9,381 nucleotides of DNA from a virus (Duplodnaviria > Heunggongvirae > Uroviricota > Caudoviricetes): IMG/VR virus record IMGVR_UViG_2675903336_000010; one strand, given 5' to 3'. The stretch's first letter is position 1. Every line of letters starts with the position of its first letter. The notes under the pieces were generated by a model. That model saw only the letters and a program-made list of their open reading frames with translations, ran no database searches and was not told the origin of the DNA. A program made the translations under genes and the position numbers. Of this stretch, positions 7,376 to 9,381 are shown piece after piece.

Positions 7376-7876
7376 ATGAAAAGAAAATCATTGTCAGACA
7401 CCGACCTCAACGCCGCCAGAAGACTGAAAGAAATCTGGATGGCAAAGAAATCTCAGTTGGGATTGACTCAGGAACGTGCGGCGGAAATTATGGGGTTTTC
7501 AACACAAGGGGCGGTAAGTCACTACCTAAATGGTCAAACCCCACTAAACCTTGAGGCTGTTCTAAAGTTTGCTGGCTTACTGAAAGTTCCCCCTGAGTCA
7601 ATCAGGCCAGACATGGTAGATTTGCTGCAAATTGCAAGGATGTATTGTCGAGAACCACAGCAAGATAACATAGTCGCATTACCAGCAGACACAGAACAAA
7701 CAGAGGATGAACTACCGTTTGCCGTAGAGCCGATGGAACGAGATTTAATCCATACGTTCAGAGCTTTTCCGAAAGAAGATCAAGAACACATGCTTCAGGA
7801 GATGAAAGATAAAAAAGAATCAATGGATCGTACGGTTGCGCGGTGGTTAGCTGCACAAAAAGGCCGTCGCGCCTAA
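7376..7876 (+). CDS. Prophage repressor, RacR/PaaR-like XRE-family HTH protein with no LexA-like peptidase domain
   Basis: ORF track start 7346 is GTG; first ATG at 7376 (MKRKSLSDTDLNAARRLKEIWMAKKSQLGLTQERAAEIMGFSTQGAVSHYLNG...). Classic cI/XRE HTH (LTQERAAEIMGFSTQGAVSHYLNG). Divergent from the cro-like gene. C-terminal half lacks any G-x-S-M/Ser-Lys autocleavage signature. Confidence 0.75.
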   Translation: MKRKSLSDTDLNAARRLKEIWMAKKSQLGLTQERAAEIMGFSTQGAVSHYLNGQTPLNLEAVLKFAGLLKVPPESIRPDMVDLLQIARMYCREPQQDNIVALPADTEQTEDELPFAVEPMERDLIHTFRAFPKEDQEHMLQEMKDKKESMDRTVARWLAAQKGRRA

Positions 7877-7895
7877 ATCAGAGGAGATATGTAAA

Positions 7896-8090
7896 ATGAG
7901 TACAGTCCTTTCCCCAATGGTTTCAGAATTTGAGACAGTTGAGCAAGAAAATAGTTACAACGAATGGCTGCGGGCCAAAGTAGCAGCAAGCCTCGCGGAT
8001 CCCCGCCCGGCGATTCCGCATGATGAGGTAATGGCGGAAATGGAACAAATTATTGCCCAAATTGCTGCTGCAACTCACAGAGGTGAATAA
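7896..8090 (+). CDS. Small acidic antitoxin of a ParE-family type II toxin-antitoxin pair (PaaA2/ParD-like)
   Basis: 64-aa ORF with GAGGAG SD 9 nt upstream of the ATG. Stop overlaps the toxin start (TAATG at 8088-8092). Sits 19 nt downstream of the repressor stop. Confidence 0.65.
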   Translation: MSTVLSPMVSEFETVEQENSYNEWLRAKVAASLADPRPAIPHDEVMAEMEQIIAQIAAATHRGE

Positions 8091-8380
8091 TGTTACCCGT
8101 TTTATGGCTACCATCTGCTCGTGATGATTTGCGCCAGATCGTAGCCTACATAGCTAAAGAAAATCCCGCGGCAGCACGCAGAATGAAAATTCGAATTGAA
8201 ACATCCGTTTTGCCGCTCACAGAGCATCCTTACCTGTATCCTCCAAGCGAGCGAGTTCTTGGTCTTCGTGAAATTGTAACTCATCCTAACTACATCATCC
8301 TTTACCGAGTAACAGCATCAAGCATAGAAGTAGTAAATATTGTGCATTCTCGAAGACAGTATCCAGGCAAAAACAGTTAA
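8090..8380 (+). CDS. parE: ParE/RelE-superfamily toxin
   Basis: 96-aa ORF with the typical ParE pattern: MLPVLWLPSARDDLRQIVAYIAKENPAAARRM...GLREIVTHPNYIILYRVTASSIEVVNIVHSRRQYP. Translationally coupled to the upstream antitoxin. Confidence 0.8.
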   Translation: MLPVLWLPSARDDLRQIVAYIAKENPAAARRMKIRIETSVLPLTEHPYLYPPSERVLGLREIVTHPNYIILYRVTASSIEVVNIVHSRRQYPGKNS

Positions 8381-8396
8381 TTATTCCCGCCGACAG

Positions 8397-8419
8397 AACC
8401 ACCTTAGGGTGGTTTTTTC
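8397..8419 (+). terminator. Rho-independent terminator closing the repressor-antitoxin-toxin transcription unit
   Basis: 7-bp perfect stem AACCACC (8397-8403) / GGTGGTT (8408-8414), 4-nt loop TTAG, then a T-run to 8418; 17 nt after the toxin stop. The other strand has no trailing T-run, so it is unidirectional. Confidence 0.8.
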
Positions 8420-8436
8420 TTGCCCCAACAAAAAAC

Positions 8437-8480
8437 AATAGCGATGCTATTTACATCAAAAAAAATAATGATGCTATTGT
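8437..8480. promoter_or_regulatory. OL-like operator pair (D 8437-8451 AATAGCGATGCTATT; E 8464-8478 AATAATGATGCTATT) with a candidate plus-strand promoter
   Basis: Site D is a perfect 6+3+6 inverted repeat and site E a degenerate copy; centres 27 bp apart. Same AATAG-N5-CTATT consensus as the OR-like sites. TTTACA (8450-8455) and TATTGT (8475-8480) overlap the sites, though the 19-bp spacer is suboptimal. Confidence 0.5.
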
Positions 8481-8659
8481 TTCAGGCGTCAACCCACCCC
8501 GCCCCACAGAATGCAGGGCAATACTTCGAGTTACCAGACAGTGGTCAGGGGTTAAGTAGCCAGCCCGAGGCGTAAGAACATGACGGCAGGGTTCAATCTT
8601 TAACTATGCAGCAGGTTTTTTGTTCCGCCACCCCGGCGTTAAGGGGAAATGAGGTCAGC

Positions 8660-8812
8660 ATGGATACTATCGATCTTGGCAACAACGAATCTCTGGTGTG
8701 CGGCGTGTTCCCTAACCAGGATGGAACGTTTACCGCCATGACGTATACCAAAAGCAAAACGTTTAAAACCGAATCTGGCGCGCGTTGCTGGTTAGCCAGA
8801 AACACTGACTGA
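8660..8812 (+). CDS. Small hypothetical protein (50 aa), first gene of the leftward early transcript
   Basis: ATG at 8660 (MDTIDLGNNESLVCGVFPNQDGTFTAMTYTKSKTFKTESGARCWLARNTD) with GAGG SD 5 nt upstream. The longer track ORF from 8606 lacks an SD. Confidence 0.45.
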   Translation: MDTIDLGNNESLVCGVFPNQDGTFTAMTYTKSKTFKTESGARCWLARNTD

Positions 8813-8823
8813 TGAGGCTGACG

Positions 8824-9189
8824 ATGGAATTTAAAGATTTACCGTCTGATGTACAGAAAACAGCAGCTCATACATTGCATTCTGTGCTGCGAGAAATCGG
8901 GAAAGATATTGCAAGCGAGCCAGCAAAAGATCTGGCCCGGAAAATCAAGACCGCTTTCGTTGAGCTTTATAATGTTGGCACTGACTCTGAAACTGTCGAG
9001 ACCAAGACCGTAAGTTCACCAATATTCTCACTTGAGCCAAGCGTATTATCAGGTGAAATATGCACCGAGATTTCCAGCGAACTGCTTCCGGTAATACGAG
9101 AAGCAATTCGCCGTCGCGGTTTGGATGGAAGTTATGATCATGACGTTCTGCAAGTTCTCAGGACAATGGTGACTTCACTGGGGATTTGA
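8824..9189 (+). CDS. Hypothetical protein (121 aa; alternative start 8812 overlapping the upstream stop as TGATG)
   Basis: ATG at 8824 (MEFKDLPSDVQKTAAHTLHSVLREIGK...) has GAGG 7 nt upstream; the 8812 start has no SD but could be coupled. No recognisable motifs. Confidence 0.5.
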   Translation: MEFKDLPSDVQKTAAHTLHSVLREIGKDIASEPAKDLARKIKTAFVELYNVGTDSETVETKTVSSPIFSLEPSVLSGEICTEISSELLPVIREAIRRRGLDGSYDHDVLQVLRTMVTSLGI

Positions 9190-9381
9190 TCCCTGCGTCC
9201 TCTAAGCTTTTGATATAGCGGTCCTCCAAGAAGCGGTAAATTTTGTCGAAATCATCTTTTCCCTCTGGTTTATTCAGAGGATTACAGGACCCGTAAGTAG
9301 CGGCATACATTTCAACCGTTTGGTAATGACTCCAACTTATTGATAGTGTTTTATGTTCAGATAATGCCCGATGACTTTGTC

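Noticed and set aside
7372-7554. ORF 7372..7554 (+) starting MYEKK
   Set aside because: It is the +1 frame of the repressor gene; the HTH motif is in the 7376 frame.
7923-8114. Minus-strand ORF 7923..8114
   Set aside because: Antisense to the antitoxin gene and its coupled junction with the toxin.
8593-8805. Minus-strand ORF 8593..8805
   Set aside because: Antisense to the SD-supported small gene 8660..8812, and it would read towards the OL-like region on the wrong strand for the leftward operon.

Overview
This window reads as the early/immunity region of a lambdoid, Rac-like prophage from an enterobacterium (E. coli-like), with the terminus of an IS1 copy at its left edge (1-83). All calls are from reading the sequence and ORF translations by eye; no database search was run. 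Minus strand, right to left: a Cro-like HTH gene and a YdaT-like gene (overlapping ATGA), a replication-initiator gene with two internal iteron arrays, a 260-N assembly gap, a DnaC-like helicase-loader gene, three tightly packed uncharacterised genes, then an AT-rich gene pair consisting of a gamma-class N6-adenine DNA methyltransferase and a putative restriction endonuclease (overlapping ATGA). Plus strand: a RacR/PaaR-like HTH repressor followed by a ParD/ParE-type toxin-antitoxin pair and a clean intrinsic terminator, then two small genes. Two clusters of AATAG-N5-CTATT dyads flank the repressor-TA block like OR and OL. The most interesting points are the toxin-antitoxin pair sitting inside the immunity region, the restriction-modification cargo next to IS1, and the iteron arrays inside the initiator gene.
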